Shown here: positions 41,893 through 56,100 of the stretch, in pieces
Layout of the letters: every line of letters begins with the position of its first letter
Position numbering within the stretch: position 1 is the first letter of the stretch
Assembly: GCA_964016885.1 (NCBI GenBank)
Contig: OZ024754.1
Coordinates: 19,716,001 to 19,780,000, forward strand
Source of the DNA: Eledone cirrhosa
Taxonomy: Eukaryota
Direction: 5' to 3'
Length of the DNA stretch: 64,000 bases
Translations under genes and position numbers: made by a program
The notes under the pieces: generated by a model
Seen by the model: the letters and a program-made list of their open reading frames with translations, nothing else
The model's database searches: none
Told to the model about the DNA's origin: nothing

Positions 41893-44800
41893 AAGTCACT
41901 TGCCAGACATGTACAACTGTGGCTAAAATGACTCTTCCATGATATAGTTACTTTAGTTTCAACACAGTCTCAGATCAAGTCACTTGCCAGACATGTTCAA
42001 CTGTGGCTAATATGACTCTTCCATGATATAGTTACTTTAGTTTGGACATATTCTCAGATCAAGTCACTTGCCAGACATGTACAACTGTGGCTAACCTGAC
42101 TCTTCCATGATATAGTTACTTTAGTTTGAACACAGTCTTAGATCAAGTCACTTACCAGACATGTACAACTGAGGCTCAAATGACTCTTCCATGATATAAT
42201 TACTTTAGTTTCACCACAGTCACAGATCAAGTCACTTGCCAGACATGTACAACTGTGGATAAAATGACTCTTCCATGATATAGTTACTTTAGTTTCAACA
42301 CAGTCACAGATCAAGACACTTCCCAGACATCTACAACTGTAGCTAAAATGACTCTTCCATGATATAGTTACTTTAGATTCAACACAGTCTCAGATCAAGT
42401 GACTTGCCAGACATGTACATCTCTGGTTAAAATGACTCTTCCATGATATAGTTACTTTAGTTTCAACACAGTCTTAGATCAAGTCACTTGCCAGACATGT
42501 ACAACTGTGGCTAAAATAACTCTTCCATGATATAGTTACTTTAGTTTCAACACAGTCTCAGATCAAGTCACTTGCCAGGCATCTACAACTGTGGCTAAAA
42601 TGACTATCCATAATATAGTTACTTTAGTTTCAACACAGTTACAGATCAAGACACTTACCAGACATGTAAAACTGTAGCTAGCATGACTCTTCCATGATAT
42701 AGTTACTTTAGTTTCAACACAACCTCAGATCAAGTCACTTGTCAGACATCTACAACTGTGGCTAAAATGACTCTACCATGATATAGTTACTTTAGTTTCA
42801 ACACAGTCACAGATCAAGTCACTTGCCAGACATGTACAAGTGTAGCAAAAATGACTCTTCAATGATATAGTTACTTTAGTTTCAACACAGTCACAGATCA
42901 AGTCACTTGCCAGACATGTACAACTGTGACTAAAATGATTCTTCCATGATATAGTTACTTTAGTTTCAAAACAATCTCAGATAAAGTCACTTGCCAGACA
43001 TATACAACTGTGGCTAAAATGACTCTTCCATGATATAGTTACTTTAGTTTCAACACAGTCTCAGATCAAGTCACTTGCCAGACATGTTCAACTGTGGCTA
43101 ATATGACTCTTCCATGATATAGTTACTTTAGTTTGGACACAGTCTCAGATCAAGTCACTTGCCAGACATGTACAACTGTGGCTAACCTGACTCTTCCATG
43201 ATATAGTTACTTTAGTTTGAACACAGTCTTAGATCAAGTCACTTACCAGACATGTACAACTGAGGTTCATATGACTCTTCCAATGATATAATTACTTTAG
43301 TTTCACCACAGTCACAGATCAAGTCACTTGCCAGACATGTACAACTGTAGATAAAATGACTCTTCCATGATATAGTTACTTTAGTTTCAACACAGTCACA
43401 GATCAAGACACTTGCCAGACATCTACAACTGTAGCTAAAATGACTCTTCCATGATATAGTTACTTTAGTTTCAACACAGTCTCAGATCAAGTGACTTGCC
43501 AGACATGTACATCTCTGGTTAAAATGACTCTTCCATGATATAGTTACTTTAGTTTCAACACAGTCTTAGATCAAGTCACTTGCCAGACATGTACAACTGT
43601 GGCTAAAATAACTCTTCCATGATATAGTTACTTTAGTTTCAACACAGTCTCAGATCAAGTCACTTGCCAGGCATCTACAACTGTGGCTAAAATGACTCTA
43701 CCATGATATAGTTACTTTAGTTTCAACACATTCACAGATCAAGTCACTTGCCAGACATGTACAACTGTGGCTAAAATGACTATCCATGATATAGTTACTT
43801 TAGTTTCAACACAGTCACAGATCAAGTCACTTGCCAGACATGTACAAGTGTAGCAAAAATGACTCTTCAATGATATAGTTACTTTAGTTTCAACACAGTC
43901 ACAGATCAAGTCACTTGCCAGACATGTACAGCTGTGACTAAAATGATTCTTCCATGATATAGTTACTTTAGTTTCAAAACAATCTTAGATAAAGTCACTT
44001 GCCAGACATATACAACTGTGGCTAAAATGACTCTTCCATGATATAGTTACTTTAGTTTCAACAGTCTCAGATCAAGTCACTTGCCAGACATGTTCAACTG
44101 TGGCTAATATGACTCTTCCATGATATAGTTACTTTAGTTTGGACACAGTCTCAGATCAAGTCACTTGCCAGACATGTACAACTGTGGCTAAAATAACTCT
44201 TCCATGATATAGTTACTTTAGTTTCAACACAGTCTCAGATCAAGTCACTTGCCAGGCATCTACAACTGTGGCTAAAATGACTCTACCATGATATAGTTAC
44301 TTTTGTTTCAACACGTTCACAGATCAAGTCACCTGCCAGACATGTACAACTGTGGCTAAAATGACTCTTCCATGATATAGTTACTTTAGTTTCAATACAG
44401 TCTTAGATCAAGTCACTTGCCAGACATGTACAACTGTGGCTAAAATAACTCTTCCATGATATAGTTACTTTAGTTTCAACACAGTCTCAGATCAAGTCAC
44501 TTGCCAGACATGTACAACTGTGGCTAAAATGACTCTTCCATGATATAGTTACTTTAGTTTCAACACAGTCTCAGATCAAGTCACTTGCCAGACATGTTCA
44601 ACTGTGGCTAATATGACTCTTCCATGATATAGTTACTTTAGTTTGGACATATTCTCAGATCAAGTCACTTGCCAGACATGTACAACTGTGGCTAACCTGA
44701 CTCTTCCATGATATAGTTACTTTAGTTTGAACACAGTCTTAGATCAAGTCACTTACCAGACATGTACAACTGAGGCTCAAATGACTCTTCCATGATATAA

Positions 44801-47131
44801 TTACTTTAGTTTCACCACAGTCACAGATCAAGTCACTTGCCAGACATGTACAACTGTGGATAAAATGACTCTTCCATGATATAGTTACTTTAGTTTCAAC
44901 ACAGTCACAGATCAAGACACTTCCCAGACATCTACAACTGTAGCTAAAATGACTCTTCCATGATATAGTTACTTTAGATTCAACACAGTCTCAGATCAAG
45001 TGACTTGCCAGACATGTACATCTCTGGTTAAAATGACTCTTCCATGATATAGTTACTTTAGTTTCAACACAGTCTTAGATCAAGTCACTTGCCAGACATG
45101 TACAACTGTGGCTAAAATAACTCTTCCATGATATAGTTACTTTAGTTTCAACACAGTCTCAGATCAAGTCACTTGCCAGGCATCTACAACTGTGGCTAAA
45201 ATGACTATCCATAATATAGTTACTTTAGTTTCAACACAGTTACAGATCAAGACACTTACCAGACATGTAAAACTGTAGCTAGCATGACTCTTCCATGATA
45301 TAGTTACTTTAGTTTCAACACAACCTCAGATCAAGTCACTTGTCAGACATCTACAACTGTGGCTAAAATGACTCTACCATGATATAGTTACTTTAGTTTC
45401 AACACAGTCACAGATCAAGTCACTTGCCAGACATGTACAAGTGTAGCAAAAATGACTCTTCAATGATATAGTTACTTTAGTTTCAACACAGTCACAGATC
45501 AAGTCACTTGCCAGACATGTACAACTGTGACTAAAATGATTCTTCCATGATATAGTTACTTTAGTTTCAAAACAATCTCAGATAAAGTCACTTGCCAGAC
45601 ATATACAACTGTGGCTAAAATGACTCTTCCATGATATAGTTACTTTAGTTTCAACACAGTCTCAGATCAAGTCACTTGCCAGACATGTTCAACTGTGGCT
45701 AATATGACTCTTCCATGATATAGTTACTTTAGTTTGGACACAGTCTCAGATCAAGTCACTTGCCAGACATGTACAACTGTGGCTAACCTGACTCTTCCAT
45801 GATATAGTTACTTTAGTTTGAACACAGTCTTAGATCAAGTCACTTACCAGACATGTACAACTGAGGTTCATATGACTCTTCCAATGATATAATTACTTTA
45901 GTTTCACCACAGTCACAGATCAAGTCACTTGCCAGACATGTACAACTGTAGATAAAATGACTCTTCCATGATATAGTTACTTTAGTTTCAACACAGTCAC
46001 AGATCAAGACACTTGCCAGACATCTACAACTGTAGCTAAAATGACTCTTCCATGATATAGTTACTTTAGTTTCAACACAGTCTCAGATCAAGTGACTTGC
46101 CAGACATGTACATCTCTGGTTAAAATGACTCTTCCATGATATAGTTACTTTAGTTTCAACACAGTCTTAGATCAAGTCACTTGCCAGACATGTACAACTG
46201 TGGCTAAAATAACTCTTCCATGATATAGTTACTTTAGTTTCAACACAGTCTCAGATCAAGTCACTTGCCAGGCATCTACAACTGTGGCTAAAATGACTCT
46301 ACCATGATATAGTTACTTTAGTTTCAACACATTCACAGATCAAGTCACTTGCCAGACATGTACAACTGTGGCTAAAATGACTATCCATGATATAGTTACT
46401 TTAGTTTCAACACAGTCACAGATCAAGTCACTTGCCAGACATGTACAAGTGTAGCAAAAATGACTCTTCAATGATATAGTTACTTTAGTTTCAACACAGT
46501 CACAGATCAAGTCACTTGCCAGACATGTACAGCTGTGACTAAAATGATTCTTCCATGATATAGTTACTTTAGTTTCAAAACAATCTTAGATAAAGTCACT
46601 TGCCAGACATATACAACTGTGGCTAAAATGACTCTTCCATGATATAGTTACTTTAGTTTCAACAGTCTCAGATCAAGTCACTTGCCAGACATGTTCAACT
46701 GTGGCTAATATGACTCTTCCATGATATAGTTACTTTAGTTTGGACACAGTCTCAGATCAAGTCACTTGCCAGACATGTACAACTGTGGCTAAAATAACTC
46801 TTCCATGATATAGTTACTTTAGTTTCAACACAGTCTCAGATCAAGTCACTTGCCAGGCATCTACAACTGTGGCTAAAATGACTCTACCATGATATAGTTA
46901 CTTTTATTTCAACACGTTCACAGATCAAGTCACCTGCCAGACATGTACAACTGTGGCTAAAATGACTCTTCCATGATATAGTTACTTTAGTTTCAATACA
47001 GTCTTAGATCAAGTCACTTGCCAGACATGTACAACTGTGGCTAAAATAACTCTTCCATGATATAGTTACTTTAGTTTCAACACAGTCTCAGATCAAGTCA
47101 CTTGCCAGACATGTACAACTGTGGCTAAAAT
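41893..47131. repeat. Tandem duplication, period 2601 bp (31 monomers)
   Basis: tttggacata (42041/44642), taatatagtt (42611/45212) and the 2-bp-deletion monomer tttcaacagtctc (44061/46662) share the offset. Confidence 0.88.
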
Positions 47132-47979
47132 AACTCTTCCATGATATAGTTACTTTAGTTTCAACACAGTCACAGATCAAGTCACTTACCAGACATGTAA
47201 AACTGTAGCTAACATGACTCTTCCATGATATAGTTACTTTAGTTTCAACACAGTCTCAGATCAAGTGACTTTCTAGACATGTACAACTGTGGTTAAAATG
47301 ACTCTTCCATGATATAGTTACTTTAGTTTCAACACAGTCTTAGATCAAGTCACTTGTCAGACATCTACAACTGTGGCTAAAATGACTCTACCATGATATA
47401 GTTACTTTAGTTTCAACACAGTCTCAGATCAAGTCACTTGCCAGACATGTTCAACTGTGGCTAATATGATTCTTCCATGATATAGTTACTTTAGTTTGGA
47501 CACAGTCTCAGATCAAGTCACTTGCCAGACATGTACAACTGTGGCTAACCTGACTCTTCCATGATATAGTTACTTTAGTTTGAACACAGTCTTAGATCAA
47601 GTCACTTACCAGACATGTACAACTGAGGCTAAAATGACTCTTCCATGATATAGTTACTTTAGTTTCACCACAGTCACAGATCAAGTCACTTGCCAGACAT
47701 GTACAACTGTGGATAAAATGACTCTTCCATGATATAGTTACTTTAGTTTCAACACAGTCTCAGATCAAGTCACTTGCCAGACATGTACAACTGTAGCTAA
47801 AATTAATCTTCCATGATATAGTACTTTAGTTACAACACAGACTCAGATCAAGTCACTTGCCAGACATGTACAACTGTGGCTAAAATCACTCTTCCATGAT
47901 ATTGTTACTTTAGTTTCAACACAGTCTCAGATCAAGTCACTTGTCAGACATGTACAACTGTGGCTAAAATGACTCTTCC

Positions 47980-50900
47980 ATGATATAGTTACCTTAGTTT
48001 GAACACAGTCTTAGATCAAGTCACTTGCCAGACATTTACATCTGTGGCTAAAATAACTCTTCCATGATATAGTTACTTTAGTTTCAACACAGTCTCAGAT
48101 AAAGTCACTTGCCAGACATGTACAACTGTGGCTAAAATGACTGTTCCATGATATAGTTACTTTAGTTTCAACACAGTCACAGATCAAGTCACTTACCAGA
48201 CATGTAAAACTGTAGCTAACATGACTCTTCCATGATATAGTTACTTTAGTTTCAACACAGTCACAGATCAAGTCACTTACCAGACATGTAAAACTGTAGC
48301 TAACATGACTCTTCCATGATATAGTTACTTTAGTTTCAACACAGTCTCAGATAAAGTGACTTTCTAGACATGTACAACTGTGGCTAAAATGACTCTTCCA
48401 TGATATAGTTACTTTAGTTTCAACACAGTCTCAGATCAAGTCACTTGCCAGACATGTTCAACTGTGGCTAATATGACTCTTCCATGATATAGTTACTTTA
48501 GTTTGGACACAGTCTCAGATCAAGTCACTTGCCAGACATGTACAACTGTGGCTAACCTGACTCTTCCATGATATAGTTACTTTAGTTTGAACACAGACTT
48601 AGATCAAGTCACTTACCAGACATGTACAACTGAGGCTCAAATGACTCTTCCATGATATAATTACTTTAGTTTCACCACAGTCACAGATCAAGTCACTTGC
48701 CAGACATGTACAACTGTGGATAAAATGACTCTTCCATGATATAGTTACTTTAGTTTCAACACAGTCACAGATCAAGACACTTGCCAGACATCTACAACTG
48801 TAGCTAAAATGACTCTTCCATGATATAGTTACTTTAGTTTCAACACAGTCTCAGATCAAGTGACTTGCCAGACATGTACATCTCTTGTTAAAATGACTCT
48901 TCCATGATTTAGTTACTTTAGTTTCAACACAGTCTTAGATCAAGTCACTTGCCAGACATGTACAACTGTGGCTAAAATAACTCTTCCATGATATAGTTAC
49001 TTTAGTTTCAGCACAGTCTCAGATCAAGTCACTTGCCAGGCATCTACAACTGTGGCTAAAATGACTCTACCATGATATAGTTACTTTAGTTTCAACACAT
49101 TCACAGATCAAGTCACTTGCCAGACATGTACAACTGTGGCTAAAATGACTATCCATGATATAGTTACATTAGTTTCAACACAGTCACAGATCAAGACACT
49201 TACCAGACATGTAAAACTGTAGCTAGCATGACTCTTCCATGATATAGTTACTTTAGTTTCAACACAGTCTCAGATCAAGTGACTTTCCAGACATGTACAA
49301 CTGTGGCTAAAATGACTCTTCCATGATATAGTTACCTTAGTTTGAACACAGTCTTAGATCAAGTCACTTGCCAGACATTTACAACTGTGGCTAAAATAAC
49401 TCTTCCATGATATAGTTACTTTAGTTTTAACACAGTCTCAGATAAAGTCACTTGCCAGACATGTACAACTGTGGCTAAAATGACTGTTCCATGATATAGT
49501 TACTTTAGTTTCAACACAGTCACAGATCAAGTCACTTACCAGACATGTAAAACTGTAGCTAACATGACTCTTCCATGATATAGTTACTTTAGTTTCAACA
49601 CAGTCACAGATCAAGTCACTTACCAGACATGTAAAACTGTAGCTAACATGACTCTTCCATGATATAGTTACTTTAGTTTCAACACAGTCTCAGATAAAGT
49701 GACTTTCTAGACATGTACAACTGTGGCTAAAATGACTCTTCCTTGATATAGTTACTTTAGTTTCAACACAGTCTCAGATCAAGTCACTTGCCAGACATGT
49801 TCAACTGTGGCTAATATGACTCTTCCATGATATAGTTACTTTAGTTTGGACACAGTCTCAGATCAAGTCACTTGCCAGACATGTACAACTGTGGCTAACC
49901 TGACTCTTCCATGATATAGTTACTTTAGTTTGAACACAGACTTAGATCAAGTCACTTACCAGACATGTACAACTGAGGCTCAAATGACTCTTCCATGATA
50001 TAATTACTTTAGTTTCACCACAGTCACAGATCAAGTCACTTGCCAGACATGTACAACTGTGGATAAAATGACTCTTCCATGATATAGTTACTTTAGTTTC
50101 AACACAGTCACAGATCAAGACACTTGCCAGACATCTACAACTGTAGCTAAAATGACTCTTCCATGATATAGTTACTTTAGTTTCAACACAGTCTCAGATC
50201 AAGTGACTTGCCAGACATGTACATCTCTGGTTAAAATGACTCTTCCATGATTTAGTTACTTTAGTTTCAACACAGTCTTAGATCAAGTCACTTGCCAGAC
50301 ATGTACAACTGTGGCTAAAATAACTCTTCCATGATATAGTTACTTTAGTTTCAGCACAGTCTCAGATCAAGTCACTTGCCAGGCATCTACAACTGTGGCT
50401 AAAATGACTCTACCATGATATAGTTACTTTAGTTTCAACACATTCACAGATCAAGTCACTTGCCAGACATGTACAACTGTGGCTAAAATGACTATCCATG
50501 ATATAGTTACATTAGTTTCAACACAGTCACAGATCAAGACACTTACCAGACATGTAAAACTGTAGCTAGCATGACTCTTCCATGATATAGTTACTTTAGT
50601 TTCAACACAGTCTCAGATCAAGTGACTTTCCAGAGATGTACAACTGTGGCTAAAATGACTCTTCCATGATATAGTTACTTTAGTTTCAACACAACCTCAG
50701 ATCAAGTCACTTGTCAGACATTTACAACTGTGGCTAAAATAACTCTTCCATGATATAGTTACTTTAGTTTTAACACAGTCTCAGATAAAGTCACTTGCCA
50801 GACATGTACAACTGTGGCTAAAATGACTGTTCCATGATATAGTTACTTTAGTTTCAACACAGTCACAGATCAAGTCACTTACCAGACATGTAAAACTGTA

Positions 50901-53130
50901 GCTAACATGACTCTTCCATGATATAGTTACTTTAGTTTCAACACAGTCACAGATCAAGTCACTTACCAGACATGTAAAACTGTAGCTAACATGACTCTTC
51001 CATGATATAGTTACTTTAGTTTGAACACAGACTTAGATCAAGTCACTTACCAGACATGTACAACTGAGGCTCAAATGACTCTTCCATGATATAATTACTT
51101 TAGTTTCACCACAGTCACAGATCAAGTCACTTGCCAGACATGTACAACTGTGGATAAAATGACTCTTCCATGATATAGTTACTTTAGTTTCAACACAGTC
51201 ACAGATCAAGACACTTGCCAGACATCTACAACTGTAGCTAAAATGACTCTTCCATGATATAGTTACTTTAGTTTCAACACAGTCTCAGATCAAGTGACTT
51301 GCCAGACATGTACATCTCTGGTTAAAATGACTCTTCCATGATTTAGTTACTTTAGTTTCAACACAGTCTTAGATCAAGTCACTTGCCAGACATGTACAAC
51401 TGTGGCTAAAATAACTCTTCCATGATATAGTTACTTTAGTTTCAGCACAGTCTCAGATCAAGTCACTTGCCAGGCATCTACAACTGTGGCTAAAATGACT
51501 CTACCATGATATAGTTACTTTAGTTTCAACACATTCACAGATCAAGTCACTTGCCAGACATGTACAACTGTGGCTAAAATGACTATCCATGATATAGTTA
51601 CATTAGTTTCAACACAGTCACAGATCAAGACACTTACCAGACATGTAAAACTGTAGCTAGCATGACTCTTCCATGATATAGTTACTTTAGTTTCAACACA
51701 GTCTCAGATCAAGTGACTTTCCAGAGATGTACAACTGTGGCTAAAATGACTCTTCCATGATATAGTTACTTTAGTTTCAACACAACCTCAGATCAAGTCA
51801 CTTGTCAGACATTTACAACTGTGGCTAAAATAACTCTTCCATGATATAGTTACTTTAGTTTTAACACAGTCTCAGATAAAGTCACTTGCCAGACATGTAC
51901 AACTGTGGCTAAAATGACTGTTCCATGATATAGTTACTTTAGTTTCAACACAGTCACAGATCAAGTCACTTACCAGACATGTAAAACTGTAGCTAACATG
52001 ACTCTTCCATGATATAGTTACTTTAGTTTCAACACAGTCACAGATCAAGTCACTTACCAGACATGTAAAACTGTAGCTAACATGACTCTTCCATGATATA
52101 GTTACTTTAGTTTCAACACAGTCTCAGATAAAGTGACTTTCTAGACATGTACAACTGTGGCTAAAATGACTCTTCCTTGATATAGTTACTTTAGTTTCAA
52201 CACAGTCTCAGATCAAGTCACTTGCCAGACATGTTCAACTGTGGCTAATATGACTCTTCCATGATATAGTTACTTTAGTTTGGACACAGTCTCAGATCAA
52301 GTCACTTGCCAGACATGTACAACTGTGGCTAACCTGACTCTTCCATGATATAGTTACTTTAGTTTGAACACAGACTTAGATCAAGTCACTTACCAGACAT
52401 GTACAACTGAGGCTCAAATGACTCTTCCATGATATAATTACTTTAGTTTCACCACAGTCACAGATCAAGTCACTTGCCAGACATGTACAACTGTGGATAA
52501 AATGACTCTTCCATGATATAGTTACTTTAGTTTCAACACAGTCACAGATCAAGACACTTGCCAGACATCTACAACTGTAGCTAAAATGACTCTTCCATGA
52601 TATAGTTACTTTAGTTTCAACACAGTCTCAGATCAAGTGACTTGCCAGACATGTACATCTCTGGTTAAAATGACTCTTCCATGATTTAGTTACTTTAGTT
52701 TCAACACAGTCTTAGATCAAGTCACTTGCCAGACATGTACAACTGTGGCTAAAATAACTCTTCCATGATATAGTTACTTTAGTTTCAGCACAGTCTCAGA
52801 TCAAGTCACTTGCCAGGCATCTACAACTGTGGCTAAAATGACTCTACCATGATATAGTTACTTTAGTTTCAACACATTCACAGATCAAGTCACTTGCCAG
52901 ACATGTACAACTGTGGCTAAAATGACTATCCATGATATAGTTACATTAGTTTCAACACAGTCACAGATCAAGACACTTACCAGACATGTAAAACTGTAGC
53001 TAGCATGACTCTTCCATGATATAGTTACTTTAGTTTCAACACAGTCTCAGATCAAGTGACTTTCCAGAGATGTACAACTGTGGCTAAAATGACTCTTCCA
53101 TGATATAGTTACTTTAGTTTCAACACAACC
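47980..53130. repeat. Local 16-monomer higher-order repeat (1343 bp), about 4 copies, one shortened to 13 monomers (1091 bp)
   Basis: The G of the marker tttcaGcacag falls at 49011, 50354, 51445 and 52788 (steps 1343, 1091, 1343). The same unit recurs at 57320, 59921 and 61264. Confidence 0.85.
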
Positions 53131-56100
53131 TCAGATCAAGTCACTTGTCAGACATCTACAACTGTGGCTAAAATGACTCTACCATGATATAGTTACTTTA
53201 GTTTCAACACAGTCACAGATCAAGTCACTTGCCAGACATGTACAAGTGTAGCAAAAATGACTCTTCAATGATATAGTTACTTTAGTTTCAACACAGTCAC
53301 AGATCAAGTCCTTGCCAGACATGTACAACTGTGACTAAAATGATTCTTCCATGATATAGTTACTTTAGTTTCAAAACAATCTCAGATAAAGTCACTTGCC
53401 AGACATATACAACTGTGGCTAAAATGACTCTTCCATGATATAGTTACTTTAGTTTCAACACAGTCTCAGATCAAGTCACTTGCCAGACATGTTCAACTGT
53501 GGCTAATATGACTCTTCCATGATATAGTTACTTTAGTTTGGACACAGTCTCAGATCAAGTCACTTGCCAGACATGTACAACTGTGGCTAAAATAACTCTT
53601 CCATGATATAGTTACTTTAGTTTCAACACAGTCTCAGATCAAGTCACTTGCCAGGCATCTACAACTGTGGCTAAAATGACTCTACCATGATATAGTTACT
53701 TTTGTTTCAACACGTTCACAGATCAAGTCACCTGCCAGACATGTACAACTGTGGCTAAAATGACTCTTCCATGATATAGTTAATTTAGTTTCAACACAGT
53801 CAAAAATCAAGTCAATTACCATGGATGTACAACTGTGGCTAAAATGACTCTTCCATGATATAGTTACTTTAGTTTCAACACAGTCTCAGATCAAGTCACT
53901 TACCAGACATGTACAACTGTGGCTAAAATGACTCTTCCATGATATAGTTACTTTAGTTTGAACACAGTCTTAGATCAAGTCACTTGCCAGACATGTACAA
54001 CTGTGGCTAAAATAACTCTTCCATGATATAGTTACTTTAGTTTCAACACAGTCTTAGATCAAGTCACTTGTCAGACATCTACAACTGTGGCTAAAATGAC
54101 TCTACCATGATATAGTTACTTTAGTTTCAACACAGTCACAGATCAAGTCACTTGCCAGACATGTACAAGTGTAGCAAAAATGACTCTTCAATGATATAGT
54201 TACTTTAGTTTCAACACAGTCACAGATACAGTCACTTGCCAGACATGTACAACTGTGACTAAAATGATTCTTCCATGATATAGTTACTTTAGTTTCAAAA
54301 CAATCTCAGATAAAGTCACTTGCCAGACATGTACAACTGTGGCTAAAATGACTCTTCCATGATATAGTTACTTTAGTTTCAACACAGTCTCAGATCAAGT
54401 CACTTGCCAGACATGTTCAACTGTGGCTAATATGATTCTTCCATGATATAGTTACTTTAGTTTGGACACAGTCTCAGATCAAGTCACTTGCCAGACATGT
54501 ACAACTGTGGCTAACCTGACTCTTCCATGATATAGTTACTTTAGTTTGAACACAGTCTTAGATCAAGTCACTTACCAGACATGTACAACTGAGGTTCAAA
54601 TGACTCTTCCAATGATATAATTACTTTAGTTTCACCACAGTCACAGATCAAGTCACTTGCCAGACATGTACAACTGTGGATAAAATGACTCTTCCATGAT
54701 ATAGTTACTTTAGTTTCAACACAGTCACAGATCAAGACACTTGCCAGACATCTACAACTGTAGCTAAAATGACTCTTCCATGATATAGTTACTTTAGTTT
54801 CAACACAGTCTCAGATCAAGTGACTTGCCAGACATGTACATCTCTGGTTAAAATGACTCTTCCATGATATAGTTACTTTAGTTTCAACACAGTCTTAGAT
54901 CAAGTCACTTGCCAGGCATGTACAACTGTGGCTAAAATAACTCTTCCATGATATAGTTACTTTAGTTTCAACACAGTCTCAGATCAAGTCACTTGCCAGG
55001 CATCTACAACTGTGGCTAAAATGACTCTACCATGATATAGTTACTTTAGTTTCAACACATTCACAGATCAAGTCACTTGCCAGACATGTACAACTGTGGC
55101 TAAAATGACTATCCATGATATAGTTACTTTAGTTTCAACACAGTCACAGATCAAGTCACTTGCCAGACATGTACAAGTGTAGCAAAAATGACTCTTCAAT
55201 GATATAGTTACTTTAGTTTCAACACAGTCACAGATCAAGTCACTTGCCAGACATGTACAACTGTGACTAAAATGATTCTTCCATGATATAGTTACTTTAG
55301 TTTCAAAACAATCTCAGATAAAGTCACTTGCCAGACATATACAACTGTGGCTAAAATGACTCTTCCATGATATAGTTACTTTTGTTTCAACACAGTCTCA
55401 GATCAAGTCACTTGCCAGACATGTTCAACTGTGGCTAATATGACTCTTCCATGATATAGTTACTTTAGTTACAACACAGTCTCAGATCAAGTCACTTGCC
55501 AGACATGTACAACTGTGGCTAAAATAACTCTTCCATGATATAGTTACTTTAGTTTCAACACAGTCTCAGATCAAGTCACTTGCCAGGCATCTACAACTGT
55601 GGCTAAAATGACTCTACCATGATATAGTTACTTTTGTTTCAACACGTTCACAGATCAAGTTACCTGCCAGACATGTACAACTGTGGCTAAAATGACTCTT
55701 CCATGATATAGTTAATTTAGTTTCAACACAGTCAAAAATCAAGTCAATTACCATGGATGTACAACTGTGGCTAAAATGACTCTTCCATGATATAGTTACT
55801 TTAGTTTCAACACAGTCTTACATCAAGTCACTTGCCAGACATGTACAACTGTGGCTAAAATAACTCTTCCATGATATAGTTACTTTAGTTTCAACACAGT
55901 CTCAGATCAAGTCACTTGCCAGGCATGTACAACTGTGGCTAAAATAACTCTTCCATGATATAGTTACTTTAGTTTCAACACAGTCTCAGATCAAGTCACT
56001 TGCCAGGCATCTACAACTGTGGCTAAAATGACTCTTCCATGATATAGTTACTTTAGTTTCAACACGTTCACAGATCATGTCACTTGCCAGACATATATAA